Virus record (IMG/VR): IMGVR_UViG_3300024257_000005
Span: 41,678-105,677 of that record
Source of the DNA: a virus
Strand: one strand, 5' to 3'
Length of the DNA stretch: 64,000 bases
Below, piece by piece: positions 39,741 to 49,820 of this stretch; the first letter of the stretch is position 1; each line of letters begins with the position of its first letter. The translations under genes were made by a program, and so were the position numbers. Under the pieces are notes generated by a model. It searched no databases. It was not told the DNA's origin and saw only the letters and a program-made list of their open reading frames with translations.

Positions 39741-39959
39741 ATGAAATTAGATCAAGCTCTTCGAATTGGAAAAGAATGTGGAATGGAAACTGTTCAGGAA
39801 GCATTGGCAAATATCCAAGGGCACGCAATGAATATGTTTCCATATAGTGAAATTGATGCCGAGCTTGTTGAATTGTATCTTGATTCAAAAGATAACTATT
39901 CTGGATCGGTTGACATGACCATCAATCAGTGCTATTATAAATGGAAGGATCTGAAATAA
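39741..39959 (+). CDS. hypothetical protein
   Basis: TAATG coupling. Confidence 0.55.
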   Translation: MKLDQALRIGKECGMETVQEALANIQGHAMNMFPYSEIDAELVELYLDSKDNYSGSVDMTINQCYYKWKDLK

Positions 39960-40369
39960 TGACTGATAAAAAAGACTTCAAGATATTTGTTCTTGAAGAT
40001 AATCCAAAGAGAATGGAATGGTTTAACAACCATCTTGCCGATCAAATAAGAGCACACGCAAAACCATTTGAAGATTATAAGGATGTGAAAATTGAAATAT
40101 TCAAAGCAAGCACAGTTCAAAATGCTGAATTGCTTTGGAATGAACACCAACCTTTTGATGCATATTTCTTAGATCATGATCTTGATGGAAAAGTAATGGT
40201 TGAAAGTACTGATCCGAATACTGGATATGCATTCAGTATGTTTCTATCTGATCAAGGAGTAAATGGTCTCAAGGAGCAGGTATTTATTCACTCACTAAAT
40301 ACAGTTGGTGCTGAGAATATGAAAGGTATATTCATCAAAGCCAAGCGCGTTCAAATATTTAATTTCTAG
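39959..40369 (+). CDS. cyclic-phosphate-processing receiver domain protein
   Basis: VLEDN, FLDHDL, TGY, IHSLN. Confidence 0.75.
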   Translation: MTDKKDFKIFVLEDNPKRMEWFNNHLADQIRAHAKPFEDYKDVKIEIFKASTVQNAELLWNEHQPFDAYFLDHDLDGKVMVESTDPNTGYAFSMFLSDQGVNGLKEQVFIHSLNTVGAENMKGIFIKAKRVQIFNF

Positions 40370-40377
40370 GAGGAATT

Positions 40378-40716
40378 ATGTCAGTAAATAATTGTGATTG
40401 CTGTTATTGTAGAAGAGATCGCGAAGTTTCTACTCTTATAGTTCCACCAACAGATTTCAATATGAATGATCAAGCAACTGTTCAACTCACAGACTATGGA
40501 AGAAGTGTTCATAGACTTTGGTATGTAATTCTATTTGATTCTGTTGATGTGGATTTTGGTTTTGAAGAGAAATATTCTGCCTATGAAAAAGAGATCAAAG
40601 ATGGATTTCTAACAACAGAGCTATGGAGAATCATGCAGATGTTTGGTACAAAGCACTATATGGGTAATAAGAATTGCTTTGTTGACAATAAAATAAGTAT
40701 CAAAAAGGGTATTTAA
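40378..40716 (+). CDS. hypothetical protein
   Basis: SD GGAGG. Confidence 0.6.
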   Translation: MSVNNCDCCYCRRDREVSTLIVPPTDFNMNDQATVQLTDYGRSVHRLWYVILFDSVDVDFGFEEKYSAYEKEIKDGFLTTELWRIMQMFGTKHYMGNKNCFVDNKISIKKGI

Positions 40717-41223
40717 ATGAAAGTAATATTTTTAGATATCGATGGTGTATTGACTACAGCAACCTGGGCATCAAACTATAGAGAATTTAATCCAGTTTGC
40801 ACTAATGGATTATTGAAGATATTGGATGCTGATCCAGAAATTCAGCTTGTGATCTCGTCAACTTGGCGAGGTGGAAAGAAAGATAGCGTCATTGATCCTG
40901 AATCAAGATTGTATCGCGAACTTGAAAAATATGATCTCATTAAAAAGCTCCACAAGGACTGGCAAACTATACATCTCTATGATTTAAGTCGTGGACACGA
41001 AATTCAAGATTGGTTAGATCGACATCCTGAAGTAGAGAACTATGTAATTCTTGATGATGATGGTGACATGCTTGATGGTCAAAGAGAACATTTTGTTCAT
41101 ACAGCAACTTGGGATGGGATGCTTTTAGCACATCTTGATCATGCTATTAAAATATTTGGTATTGAGATGGATGCTGTAAAATGGAACAAAGATTTCATTG
41201 AATGTAAACTTATCAAGAAATAA
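40717..41223 (+). CDS. HAD phosphatase (Swiss-Army-Knife RNA-repair type)
   Basis: FLDIDGVL, ISSTWR, RGHEI, ILDDD. Confidence 0.85.
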   Translation: MKVIFLDIDGVLTTATWASNYREFNPVCTNGLLKILDADPEIQLVISSTWRGGKKDSVIDPESRLYRELEKYDLIKKLHKDWQTIHLYDLSRGHEIQDWLDRHPEVENYVILDDDGDMLDGQREHFVHTATWDGMLLAHLDHAIKIFGIEMDAVKWNKDFIECKLIKK

Positions 41224-41293
41224 AAACCGATAATCGAAGGACCTATTGCATATTTCACTATATACAATAACCCATAATCAGAGGAGAAGAAGA

Positions 41294-41614
41294 ATGCAAG
41301 ACGCACAGTTCAAAATAACCGAAGTGAAAGCTTCAAAGCATGGAAATACACACCAAGCTTACCGAGTTGTGGCACCAACAAGTAAAAGTTACTACGATCG
41401 GAAAAGCATGTCAATCAGTCGTGAAGAATATCACGAATTACAGAAGCTGGACAAAGATTCTACAAATGTAGTTGTTCAGTTTATTAATCCTGACACGGAG
41501 AAGATTGATGATAAACCGTTTTTCCATGGCAAGCTACGAACATTCCTCCAGAAGGAAGTTAATATCACTGGAGAGTATGTAATCTTTTGGCTATATAAAC
41601 CTGCCGAGAGTTAA
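41294..41614 (+). CDS. hypothetical protein
   Basis: SD GAGGAG. Confidence 0.6.
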   Translation: MQDAQFKITEVKASKHGNTHQAYRVVAPTSKSYYDRKSMSISREEYHELQKLDKDSTNVVVQFINPDTEKIDDKPFFHGKLRTFLQKEVNITGEYVIFWLYKPAES

Positions 41615-41680
41615 AGTTGTTCTATAGAGATCTTATAGATCTGTTAAAGTGGTTCTATTTTTATTTGACTTGGACGAAAT

Positions 41681-41733
41681 AACTGTTTCATCCAAGTCAT
41701 CTCTATAGTATATTGTGGCAACAAACAAAGGAG
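41681..41733 (+). promoter_or_regulatory. early promoter/RBS cassette
   Basis: AACTGTTTCAT..TATATT..AAAGGAG. Confidence 0.75.
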
Positions 41734-41738
41734 TTGTT

Positions 41739-42266
41739 ATGCAAAAAATCACACATAAAGAGTTAGTTGAAAAGCTAAATCAATATCGTGGAGTTACATT
41801 CATTTCATGTTCAATCGAATCACCGGTCAAAATGGCCAAAGGTGGACGAGCTGGACGAGCAATAAATCCCTACCATGAACAGATTACAAAAGCTTCTTAT
41901 CTCAATGGAGCTATTGGATTTGACTATGAAAAGTCAGTAAATAACCAACGTGGAAAAGAAGGCGTTGAAGAAGTTTTTGAATCCAAACCAAGGGCTTGGG
42001 GAACGGTCATGGAAGGTGGAAAATTTGTTGAGCATAAAGGTAATTTCTATCTTCAGCTCAAGGTTGAGAATGTTGGTGTTGATTCGGTTCAATATTTCAA
42101 TGAAGGTCAAGCAATTGATCCAGAGCTTCTTACTGAATGGCTTCCCAAGAAACGTGAAGGTTCAGGACGGCAAGATGTTGAAAACGAGATCATCCTTCGT
42201 GACATCAAATTGGCCAGTATTAAATCAATCAAATTTGGAAAAGAAGAATATGAGGTAACAGAATAA
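41739..42266 (+). CDS. hypothetical early protein
   Basis: Behind cassette. Confidence 0.7.
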   Translation: MQKITHKELVEKLNQYRGVTFISCSIESPVKMAKGGRAGRAINPYHEQITKASYLNGAIGFDYEKSVNNQRGKEGVEEVFESKPRAWGTVMEGGKFVEHKGNFYLQLKVENVGVDSVQYFNEGQAIDPELLTEWLPKKREGSGRQDVENEIILRDIKLASIKSIKFGKEEYEVTE

Positions 42267-42466
42267 TGAAAGATACAGACATAAAATTCACAATTGGCGG
42301 GACAGAGATTAACACAGCTGACCTTACATATAGGCAAAAACAGGTCGCTCGAAACAGTTCAAAGTGGATTGGTTTTGCAATCATATGGATGGGAGCAGGA
42401 TTCTGGGTTGCATTTGGTGTATTGCTTGTGGCAATCTTTGTAAATCTCGAACTTATCCCAGATTAG
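42266..42466 (+). CDS. small membrane protein
   Basis: C-terminal TM helix. Confidence 0.55.
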   Translation: MKDTDIKFTIGGTEINTADLTYRQKQVARNSSKWIGFAIIWMGAGFWVAFGVLLVAIFVNLELIPD

Positions 42467-42469
42467 ACC

Positions 42470-42517
42470 TTTCATCTAATCGTTTTGAAGTGTATATTCA
42501 GGTAACAACAAAAGGAG
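42470..42517 (+). promoter_or_regulatory. early promoter/RBS cassette
   Basis: TTTCAT-17-TATATT..AAAGGAG. Confidence 0.72.
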
Positions 42518-42523
42518 TTCGCA

Positions 42524-42799
42524 ATGAATAAAGCAACAATGATGAGAAAAGACCTCTCGAAAAATCCCAAATCTTTCACCAGTTTTGTCAAAGAAAATTA
42601 TCAGAAGCTTATGACATTATCGTCAAATCCTGAAGATCTTATTTCTTTTATTAATGAAGAAACCAAAGGCTTTAGCGTATCTGAAAAATATCGGAATGCT
42701 TTAACTGAAAAGCTTATGTCCGGCTCAGTAACTCAGAATCAGTACTACCTTACAAATGCATATTTGACCGGAAAAGGTCTGAGCGTAGCAGGTATCTAA
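42524..42799 (+). CDS. hypothetical early protein
   Basis: Behind cassette. Confidence 0.65.
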   Translation: MNKATMMRKDLSKNPKSFTSFVKENYQKLMTLSSNPEDLISFINEETKGFSVSEKYRNALTEKLMSGSVTQNQYYLTNAYLTGKGLSVAGI

Positions 42800-42990
42800 T
42801 GGACTATAATCTAGATAAACTTAAAGATGGAGTAGTAGCACTGGCAATGGATAGGATCAAAGTAATGCTAGACGCAATGGGTGAAAAAGTGGGACCTGGC
42901 AATTTGAACTTGATTAAAACTGAACTTGACAGGGCATATTTAGATGGCAGTATTGATGTCATCAACGCAATAAAGGAGATTAAGAGATAA
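42799..42990 (+). CDS. hypothetical protein
   Basis: TAATG coupling. Confidence 0.55.
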   Translation: MDYNLDKLKDGVVALAMDRIKVMLDAMGEKVGPGNLNLIKTELDRAYLDGSIDVINAIKEIKR

Positions 42991-43133
42991 TGTGTATTTG
43001 TGGTGGAGTTGTAGAGGTCTCAATCGGTGCATTTCTATTTGGACTGATTGCAGGACTATTAAAGAAGTTTAAGAATAAAAAGAAGACATGTCATTGTCCA
43101 GAAATTGATCATCATTTCAATTTAGATGACTAA

Positions 43134-43185
43134 AACTGTTTCATTTGGCGCTGCAGGGTGTATATTATGGTAACAACAAAAGGAG
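43134..43185 (+). promoter_or_regulatory. early promoter/RBS cassette
   Basis: AACTGTTTCAT..TATATT..AAAGGAG. Confidence 0.75.
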
Positions 43186-43190
43186 TTAAC

Positions 43191-43514
43191 ATGATTACAA
43201 AGAATGAAAGAATCGCAACAAAAGCTTATGAAAGACTCGTCAAGCCTATGATGGAGAGGTACAATGAGTCAGTTGAAATGAGTCATGCAATCGATTTTGG
43301 TGAGTTCAGCACGGTTGATTTCCCAGATGAAGAACATGAAGCCTTGCTTCAAAAGGTTGCATCACGTTTTGGTATGACAAGTGATAGATTGTTCACGACC
43401 TCATACATGGCATCAGAAGAATATGAAGAGCATGCTCGTGAACATAGAGTTTGGATAGATCCAGCCGGCGGAACACATGTTGGCTTTGAAGATCCAGCAG
43501 CAATGTATGCTTAA
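43191..43514 (+). CDS. hypothetical early protein
   Basis: Behind cassette. Confidence 0.65.
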   Translation: MITKNERIATKAYERLVKPMMERYNESVEMSHAIDFGEFSTVDFPDEEHEALLQKVASRFGMTSDRLFTTSYMASEEYEEHAREHRVWIDPAGGTHVGFEDPAAMYA

Positions 43515-43526
43515 AGGAGATCAAAA

Positions 43527-43880
43527 ATGGGATTAACACTGTGGCTGGCACGTAAATGTGGCTATGAACAAGAGATCAATTCGAAGCCATTCAGGAAAGA
43601 GCTGTATCAATTCTTTCATTGGAATAGAGAAGTGAATTTTGGTTCCAATAGCTTAGGTGATCACGACTATCTCCATGATATTCATGACGTCACTGCAAAG
43701 ATCAATGCCGACAATGAATATATTGTCACAATTAAGACTACTCGACCTGGGTATATCATTGGTGCCAAGGGATGGCTTATCACTCAGATTCAGCTTTATA
43801 TGCAGGCACAGTTCCCTGATAAAGTATTGAAAATACATATTGAAGAAACACGACTATGGGCAGAGCTCTGGAGAGATTAA
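43527..43880 (+). CDS. type II KH domain protein resembling ribosomal uS3 KH
   Basis: IKTTRPGYIIGAKG. Confidence 0.65.
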   Translation: MGLTLWLARKCGYEQEINSKPFRKELYQFFHWNREVNFGSNSLGDHDYLHDIHDVTAKINADNEYIVTIKTTRPGYIIGAKGWLITQIQLYMQAQFPDKVLKIHIEETRLWAELWRD

Positions 43881-43881
43881 T

Positions 43882-44073
43882 GTGAGCATTGAAACATTAG
43901 TTGCATTAATAGAGTTCACAGGCGGTGACGCCACGGACATCATTGAGTGGCATAAGGCTGAAATCGTTCTTGACAAAATAACTAAAATTATAACAGAGAG
44001 CAAGCACGGATTTGAAAGCCCAGTTGCAAATGTCAATATCATAGAAGCATTATTGGAATATAAAAAGGACTAA
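43882..44073 (+). CDS. hypothetical protein
   Basis: ORF in operon. Confidence 0.45.
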   Translation: MSIETLVALIEFTGGDATDIIEWHKAEIVLDKITKIITESKHGFESPVANVNIIEALLEYKKD

Positions 44074-44077
44074 TAAA

Positions 44078-45064
44078 TTGACAAAACAAAAATCTGTAAA
44101 ATTAGTACTCATGAGAGGAATACCAGGGTCTGGTAAATCTACAAAATCAAAAGCAATGGTTGCTAAAGATCCAAATAGCTGGGTTAGAATAAATCGAGAT
44201 GATTTTCGATTTATGATTAACGACTATTTCTATGGCAATATGAGAGTAGAAAATTTGATTTCAAAAGCAACACACCGAATGGCTGAAGATGCTTTACGTG
44301 CAGGATTCAATGTTATATCTGACGATATGAACTTGAGACAAAAGTATGTTACTGAATGGCACAATATTGCTGAAAAAATTGGTAATATTACTGTTGTTGA
44401 AAAATACATGGACATCACTCTGAAAGAAGCGCTTAAAAGAGATTTGACTCGTGAAAAGAAAGTCGGAGCTGATGTAGTTAAGAACCAGTTTAATAAATAT
44501 GTTAAGAATATGAAAATTCGTGAAGAGACATATTACCCACCAGTTGATAGAGCTGGACAGTACATTGTTCAAGATGAATCATTACCTAGAGCAGTTATCT
44601 GTGATATTGATGGAACAGCAGCTCTTATGAATGGAAAGCGTGGACCTTTTGAATGGCACAATGTATTCAGAGATGATGTGAATAAACCTGTAGAAGAGTT
44701 GATTAAAATAATTCAAAACAGTAATGATTTCGTTGGCTATGGTTATGAGTTAGCTGGTGAGACACAAGAGTATGATGATGTAAAAATGATCTACTTATCA
44801 GGTCGTGATGGAGCAGCAAAGGATGAGACAATCCGCTGGTTCAAAGAAAAGATGAAGATCGAAGTTGTCTATGGTGACAATCTATTCATGAGAGCACCAA
44901 ATGATCAACGCAAAGATTCTATCATCAAGCAAGAGCTATATGATGCTCACATCAGAGGGCAATATAATGTTCTATTTGTATTGGATGATAGAAATCAAGT
45001 AGTAGACAACTGGAGACAAGAAATTGGACTACCAACATTTCAAGTAGAATATGGAGATTTCTAA
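44078..45064 (+). CDS. pseT: polynucleotide 5'-kinase/3'-phosphatase
   Basis: GIPGSGKST, NRDDFR, DIDGT, SGR, DDR. Confidence 0.92.
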   Translation: MTKQKSVKLVLMRGIPGSGKSTKSKAMVAKDPNSWVRINRDDFRFMINDYFYGNMRVENLISKATHRMAEDALRAGFNVISDDMNLRQKYVTEWHNIAEKIGNITVVEKYMDITLKEALKRDLTREKKVGADVVKNQFNKYVKNMKIREETYYPPVDRAGQYIVQDESLPRAVICDIDGTAALMNGKRGPFEWHNVFRDDVNKPVEELIKIIQNSNDFVGYGYELAGETQEYDDVKMIYLSGRDGAAKDETIRWFKEKMKIEVVYGDNLFMRAPNDQRKDSIIKQELYDAHIRGQYNVLFVLDDRNQVVDNWRQEIGLPTFQVEYGDF

Positions 45065-45067
45065 AAT

Positions 45068-45120
45068 AACGGTTTCATTTGTTAATGCAGTATAGTATAT
45101 TGCAGTAACAACCAAAGGAG
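45068..45120 (+). promoter_or_regulatory. early promoter/RBS cassette
   Basis: AACGGTTTCAT..TATATT..AAAGGAG. Confidence 0.72.
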
Positions 45121-45126
45121 TACACA

Positions 45127-45345
45127 ATGAAATGGTTACAAAAATTCAAAAAAGGTCATCTTATTGAGCCATTCATTTATGTAGATTTTGACGATAGAAT
45201 TGTCAGGGCACACAGAGGTAATAGAATCAAATGGCTTGAAAAGCATTACATCTATTCATTTACATTCCAAGGTGCTGTTCATGCGACAAAGAAATTAACC
45301 GAAAAGAAATACCCACAATATGCTGGGTCAATTTATTATTTTTAG
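45127..45345 (+). CDS. hypothetical early protein
   Basis: Behind cassette. Confidence 0.6.
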   Translation: MKWLQKFKKGHLIEPFIYVDFDDRIVRAHRGNRIKWLEKHYIYSFTFQGAVHATKKLTEKKYPQYAGSIYYF

Positions 45346-45356
45346 AAGGAAGCAAT

Positions 45357-46127
45357 ATGTCTGACATTGTAAAATATATCAAAGATTTTGAGAAAGAGAA
45401 ATTGCTCTACCTTGTTCTTGCAGGGTCACGAGGATATTCAACTCACACAGATGAGTCTGACTATGATTATCGTGGGGTGTTTGTGAATACTAAGGAAGAA
45501 GTAATTGGTAGCCTAACGCGAGATAAACAAAAATACTGGCCTGACACTGAAGATGCAATGCTCCATGGTTTGCAAAAATTTGTTAAGCTGGCCTCAAATG
45601 CAAGTCCTAATGTCATTGAACTTTTATTCATGAATGGTACGGCAGAATATATTCATCCCTTGTTTGCAAAATGGTTCCTTGACAATCGTGATGACTTTTT
45701 ATCTCTAAAATGCTATAATAGTTACTCAGGATATGCTTGGGGACAGGTTCAACAAAGCAAGCATAAGTCTTCTCATGGATCCTTACGTGAAAAATATAAA
45801 TGTGGAGATCCTCAAGATCCATATGATTCAAAATATGCAATGCACACAATTCGCATGATGTATAATGGATTAGAAATTATTCAGACTGGGATGTTAACTC
45901 CAAATTTCAAGGATAGCGGCCTTCTTACCGTTTTACAAGAGATTCGGAAAGGTGATTTCTATAAAAATGCTACTGAATTTTATCAGCATGTAGAAAGCCT
46001 TGATGCTGACATTAAAAAATCACATGAGCATGCTTCAATTGGAAAGTGGCTTCGTGAAGAACCAAGTCGGGATCGGATGAATGAATTACTAATTGGATTC
46101 TATGAAGAACTTTGGTATTCAAAATGA
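45357..46127 (+). CDS. Pol-beta nucleotidyltransferase (RlaP-like); extends to 46136 if the terminal TGA is Trp
   Basis: GSRGYST..SDYDYRGVF; NVIELLF; KYAMHTIR. Confidence 0.8.
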   Translation: MSDIVKYIKDFEKEKLLYLVLAGSRGYSTHTDESDYDYRGVFVNTKEEVIGSLTRDKQKYWPDTEDAMLHGLQKFVKLASNASPNVIELLFMNGTAEYIHPLFAKWFLDNRDDFLSLKCYNSYSGYAWGQVQQSKHKSSHGSLREKYKCGDPQDPYDSKYAMHTIRMMYNGLEIIQTGMLTPNFKDSGLLTVLQEIRKGDFYKNATEFYQHVESLDADIKKSHEHASIGKWLREEPSRDRMNELLIGFYEELWYSK

Positions 46128-46462
46128 AATATATAATATTATTGGCATTCATTGGTTTGGTTATTGAAGCTCGATATCAAATTGAGAAAATGAAAAACAA
46201 GCCATTCAGCGATGAAAATTCTGAATATGACCAATCGATGAAGATTAATCAATATGTTGTTTTTCTAAAAGACTATCAATCGGAAGAGCAGAAGAATATG
46301 CGACAGGAGAAATATAACAAGGGTGAAGTTGTGACTGTTCGGCATATATCAACTGGAGTTGTGGGCCCAATCCAGATTGAATACTTAAATGCTATTGATT
46401 ATTCTATGATTGTTGATAATGCAGGATATACAATTATGAGAATCATACCAATTGAAAGGTAG
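46124..46462 (+). CDS. hypothetical secreted/membrane protein
   Basis: N-terminal hydrophobic segment. Confidence 0.55.
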   Translation: MKYIILLAFIGLVIEARYQIEKMKNKPFSDENSEYDQSMKINQYVVFLKDYQSEEQKNMRQEKYNKGEVVTVRHISTGVVGPIQIEYLNAIDYSMIVDNAGYTIMRIIPIER

Positions 46463-46467
46463 ATATA

Positions 46468-47568
46468 ATGAAGATTAAAATACCACAAGAACTAATTGAC
46501 GAGCGATATATCAGGTTTCAGAAGCATCCGACTCTTGATTTATACATCTACAATTATACTCACAAATGTCAGTTCGAACAGAATTGGAATGAGTGGACTA
46601 TGATGTGCCGTGGTTTGATCCTTGATGGTGAAGGAAATATTGTTTCACGCCCATTAAAGAAATTCTTCAATCTTGGCGAAGGTGAACATACTCTTGAGAA
46701 TCTTCCAAAAGGTAATTATACATTGACGAAGAAAATGGATGGATCATTCCTAGAAATTGTTAAATGGGATGGATATGTTGTTGTAGCTACTCGTGGCTCA
46801 TTCGAATCTGATCAGGCTGAACATGCTATGAAAGTTCTTAACGAAAAACACCCTGACATATTTGAATTGGATAAATTTCAAGAAGGATTGACATACATCT
46901 TTGAAGTGATCTACCCAGAAAATAGAATTGTTGTTGACTATAATGGATATGATGATCTTGTCCTATTGACTATTGTTGAGAATGAAACTGGGTATGAATA
47001 TCCAAATTACAAAAACAATGCTCTTGGATTTGATGTTGTTGAAACTCTAGAAGGTAAGTGGGATTTTGATGAGATCAAAGAGCTTAATACTGAAAATGAA
47101 GAAGGATGGGTTGCACACTGGCCAGGGTCAGACAACTATCGTGTGAAGATCAAGTTTGCCGACTATGTTGAATTGCATAGAATCGTAACTGGATTATCAG
47201 AGCTAAGCATCTGGAGACTGTTGGGTCAAGGAAATAATATCAATGACATTATTGACAAGGTTCCTGACGAACTATTTAAATGGGCTCAAACAATTGTGAC
47301 TGCTCTCTGGAAAGAATATCACGCAATTAAAAAACAAGTTGAAGATGATTATAGCAAAGCTGTTGCAAGTGTGTTTGATCTTGCATTGCATAAAGAAGGC
47401 GAACCAGTTCGAAAAGACTATGCAGTTGAATTTACTGGATATAAATATCCCGGAATGATGTTTGCAATTCTTGATGGAAAAGAATTTGAAAGCAGAATCT
47501 GGCCCTTAATCAGACCGAAAGCAAATGAAATCAAAGAAGTCTCAGAACTTCCCAAATGGAGTAACTAA
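46468..47568 (+). CDS. rnlA: RNA ligase 1 (T4 RnlA family)
   Basis: CRGLI, KFFN, KMDGS, TRGSF, EGWV, KIKF. Confidence 0.9.
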   Translation: MKIKIPQELIDERYIRFQKHPTLDLYIYNYTHKCQFEQNWNEWTMMCRGLILDGEGNIVSRPLKKFFNLGEGEHTLENLPKGNYTLTKKMDGSFLEIVKWDGYVVVATRGSFESDQAEHAMKVLNEKHPDIFELDKFQEGLTYIFEVIYPENRIVVDYNGYDDLVLLTIVENETGYEYPNYKNNALGFDVVETLEGKWDFDEIKELNTENEEGWVAHWPGSDNYRVKIKFADYVELHRIVTGLSELSIWRLLGQGNNINDIIDKVPDELFKWAQTIVTALWKEYHAIKKQVEDDYSKAVASVFDLALHKEGEPVRKDYAVEFTGYKYPGMMFAILDGKEFESRIWPLIRPKANEIKEVSELPKWSN

Positions 47569-47864
47569 TGTATCAAGAATTTTATCATGATGAATATGAA
47601 GATCACTTGGCAGAACGAGCTATGTGGGACTGGCTAGATAAATGGTGGTGGACACTGATCCCAATTGTTCCACTAATTCCATTTTTAGTTATAGGGATTG
47701 GTGTTTATGCACTAATTTTTGGGAGTTAATAAAACCGACTTTTTGCTCTTTGATATATATTTATACATAACTCGAATCCGTTTAACGTGAGGCATGAAGA
47801 CCTTTAGAGTTGTTACATGATAGCAACAAAATGTTAAGTGGAGATATTAATAAGGAGACACATC

Positions 47865-48671
47865 ATGAACACTACTCAAAGAGTGGGCACTCAGCCCGAA
47901 GCACACATTTCAATTGACAAAAACAGATTACAAAGATTCCGTGGAAAAGTATATCTTTCTGACAAAGCCAAGTTTGAGATTGAACTATTCAATCCAACTC
48001 AGCGCCGTTATGGAGTCAAATTTCTATTCAATGGGGAATACATGTCTAATCGACATTTGATCATAGACCCAGGCCAACGTATTTTTCTGGACAGGTTTAT
48101 TGAAACAAAGAAACGATTTGAATTTAACACATATGAAGTGGATGATTCACCAGCTGCAAAAGCAGCAATCAGTAAGAATGGATTAATAGAGGTAGAATTT
48201 CATCAAGAAAACGATCCTATTCCTCTATTGAATAACACAACCAACTGGCCAGCACAGTTTACATATACTGGAGATTGGTTTGGATTTCACGGCAATACAT
48301 TTGATCAGTACAATACGACAATAAGCAACAGTGGTGGAATATCAGAAAATACTACTGTAAATTATTGCAGCACCAATCTCAATCAGAGTCCAAAGAAGAA
48401 CGCTAGACATAAGCTGATGAGATCAATGGCAGCACCAGAGCCAATTGAGACAGGAAGGATTAATAAGTCGAATGAAAATTCTAATCAAGAATTTCAAAGT
48501 GTTGAGGCTGATTTTAACTGGATTGTAGATACAAAGGTTGTTTTGCAATTACTTCCAATTAGTCTTCAACCAGCCAATCAAAGAGACTTGGTGCAGTATT
48601 GTCCTGTTGATGGCACTAAATTCAAAAAGGGATATAATTTCTGTCCCAAATGTGGAAAGGCTAAAGATTGA
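47865..48671 (+). CDS. hypothetical protein with C-terminal zinc ribbon; extends to 48677 if the terminal TGA is Trp
   Basis: SD AAGGAG; CPVDG..FCPKCG. Confidence 0.7.
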   Translation: MNTTQRVGTQPEAHISIDKNRLQRFRGKVYLSDKAKFEIELFNPTQRRYGVKFLFNGEYMSNRHLIIDPGQRIFLDRFIETKKRFEFNTYEVDDSPAAKAAISKNGLIEVEFHQENDPIPLLNNTTNWPAQFTYTGDWFGFHGNTFDQYNTTISNSGGISENTTVNYCSTNLNQSPKKNARHKLMRSMAAPEPIETGRINKSNENSNQEFQSVEADFNWIVDTKVVLQLLPISLQPANQRDLVQYCPVDGTKFKKGYNFCPKCGKAKD

Positions 48672-48925
48672 AAATAATCGAATTCAAAGGCACTAAGTAT
48701 AGAGTGCTACATAAGATACCTGCCGATCGTGTCACTGATTCTATCGTTAAAGGGATCCAACATGATCAGCGGATATTTTCGAAACAAACAAATGAAGAAT
48801 GGTTTCTGGAAGAAATTGAAGAGGCAGAGTTTAGTCCCATTAAAGCTAAATCTACAAAGAAGAAACGGACGCCCTCGATTATACTTCCAGCACACCCAGG
48901 TCAGACGATCGACATAAAGGCCTAA
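48668..48925 (+). CDS. hypothetical protein
   Basis: TTG start overlapping previous gene. Confidence 0.5.
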   Translation: MKIIEFKGTKYRVLHKIPADRVTDSIVKGIQHDQRIFSKQTNEEWFLEEIEEAEFSPIKAKSTKKKRTPSIILPAHPGQTIDIKA

Positions 48926-48996
48926 AAAGAAATCAAACTATTGCAAATTTTATATATATTTATATAAATAATGACAACTAACCAAGGAGAAAATAT

Positions 48997-49434
48997 ATGG
49001 AACAACTAACTGTAAATAAATTCTTCTGTGACGTATGTGGCGGTGAAATAGAAAACAAATGTAAGATCGTAAGTGAGACATTTGTGACTAATTCTTCAGC
49101 TGGTAATGAATTACGATTTGCAGATGATGTACGGCTGGCTCACCTTGAGTGTGTTAACGACAATGAAACTGTTGTAATTGCACCCAAGCTTAATGAGTTC
49201 AAAGCATTGGAAAAGGAAGTCAAAAGACTGACTAAAGTTAATGATCTTCTCAATGATGAAAATGCTGAATTAGCTGAAGAAAATGCAGGATTGAAAGATA
49301 CTCCTCCTCCAATAACTCAAGCTGATGTAGATCAGGTTCGAGAAGAAGAGGCAACTCCTCTTAAATTTGATGAGAAAGCACCGGCATTTGAAGTAAAAGA
49401 TTCAAAAGGTAATAAAAAGTTGACTGTAAAATAA
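48997..49434 (+). CDS. zinc-binding coiled-coil hypothetical protein
   Basis: CDVC..HLEC; late motif at 48955. Confidence 0.65.
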   Translation: MEQLTVNKFFCDVCGGEIENKCKIVSETFVTNSSAGNELRFADDVRLAHLECVNDNETVVIAPKLNEFKALEKEVKRLTKVNDLLNDENAELAEENAGLKDTPPPITQADVDQVREEEATPLKFDEKAPAFEVKDSKGNKKLTVK

Positions 49435-49440
49435 GAAACT

Positions 49441-49798
49441 GGGGCCGACCTGGATTCGACGGGATGATTTTTGACAATAAGTGCAAGTAGACAGAGTGAG
49501 TCTTAAAAACTAAACAACCAGAGATAACTGGCACAAACTACGCAATCGCAGCCTAAGGAATTAGGCAGCCGTTAGCTCCACGACTTCGATAATGGAGGTC
49601 TAACGTCGTTTTCGAATAGGTATTTATGCAACAAGTTTCACCGAATTGAAACTGGATCACTGCGGCCATGAGTATACATGCCGATAAGATTTGTTGGAGT
49701 TCTAAATTCGTATTAATTGAAAGAAACCAACTAAACTTGTGAACGACTTGTTGAAGGAAGCTTTGCGGACGGGAGTTCGATTCTCCCCGGCTCCACCA
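49441..49798 (+). ncRNA. ssrA: tmRNA, tag (A)GTNYAIAA
   Basis: 5' GGGGCCGACCTGGATTCGAC; 3' T-arm and CTCCACCA; tag at 49530..49556 after ATAACT. Confidence 0.95.
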
Positions 49799-49820
49799 AT
49801 TTTTAAATAAAGGATGCATC

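Noticed and set aside
28431-45120. Dispersed repeats as a CRISPR array
   Set aside because: Irregular kb-scale spacing and -35/-10/SD content indicate promoters.
46125-48677. TGA-terminated genes (ending 46127 and 48671) as evidence against recoding
   Set aside because: Both have a TAA within 2-3 codons, so they work under either code.
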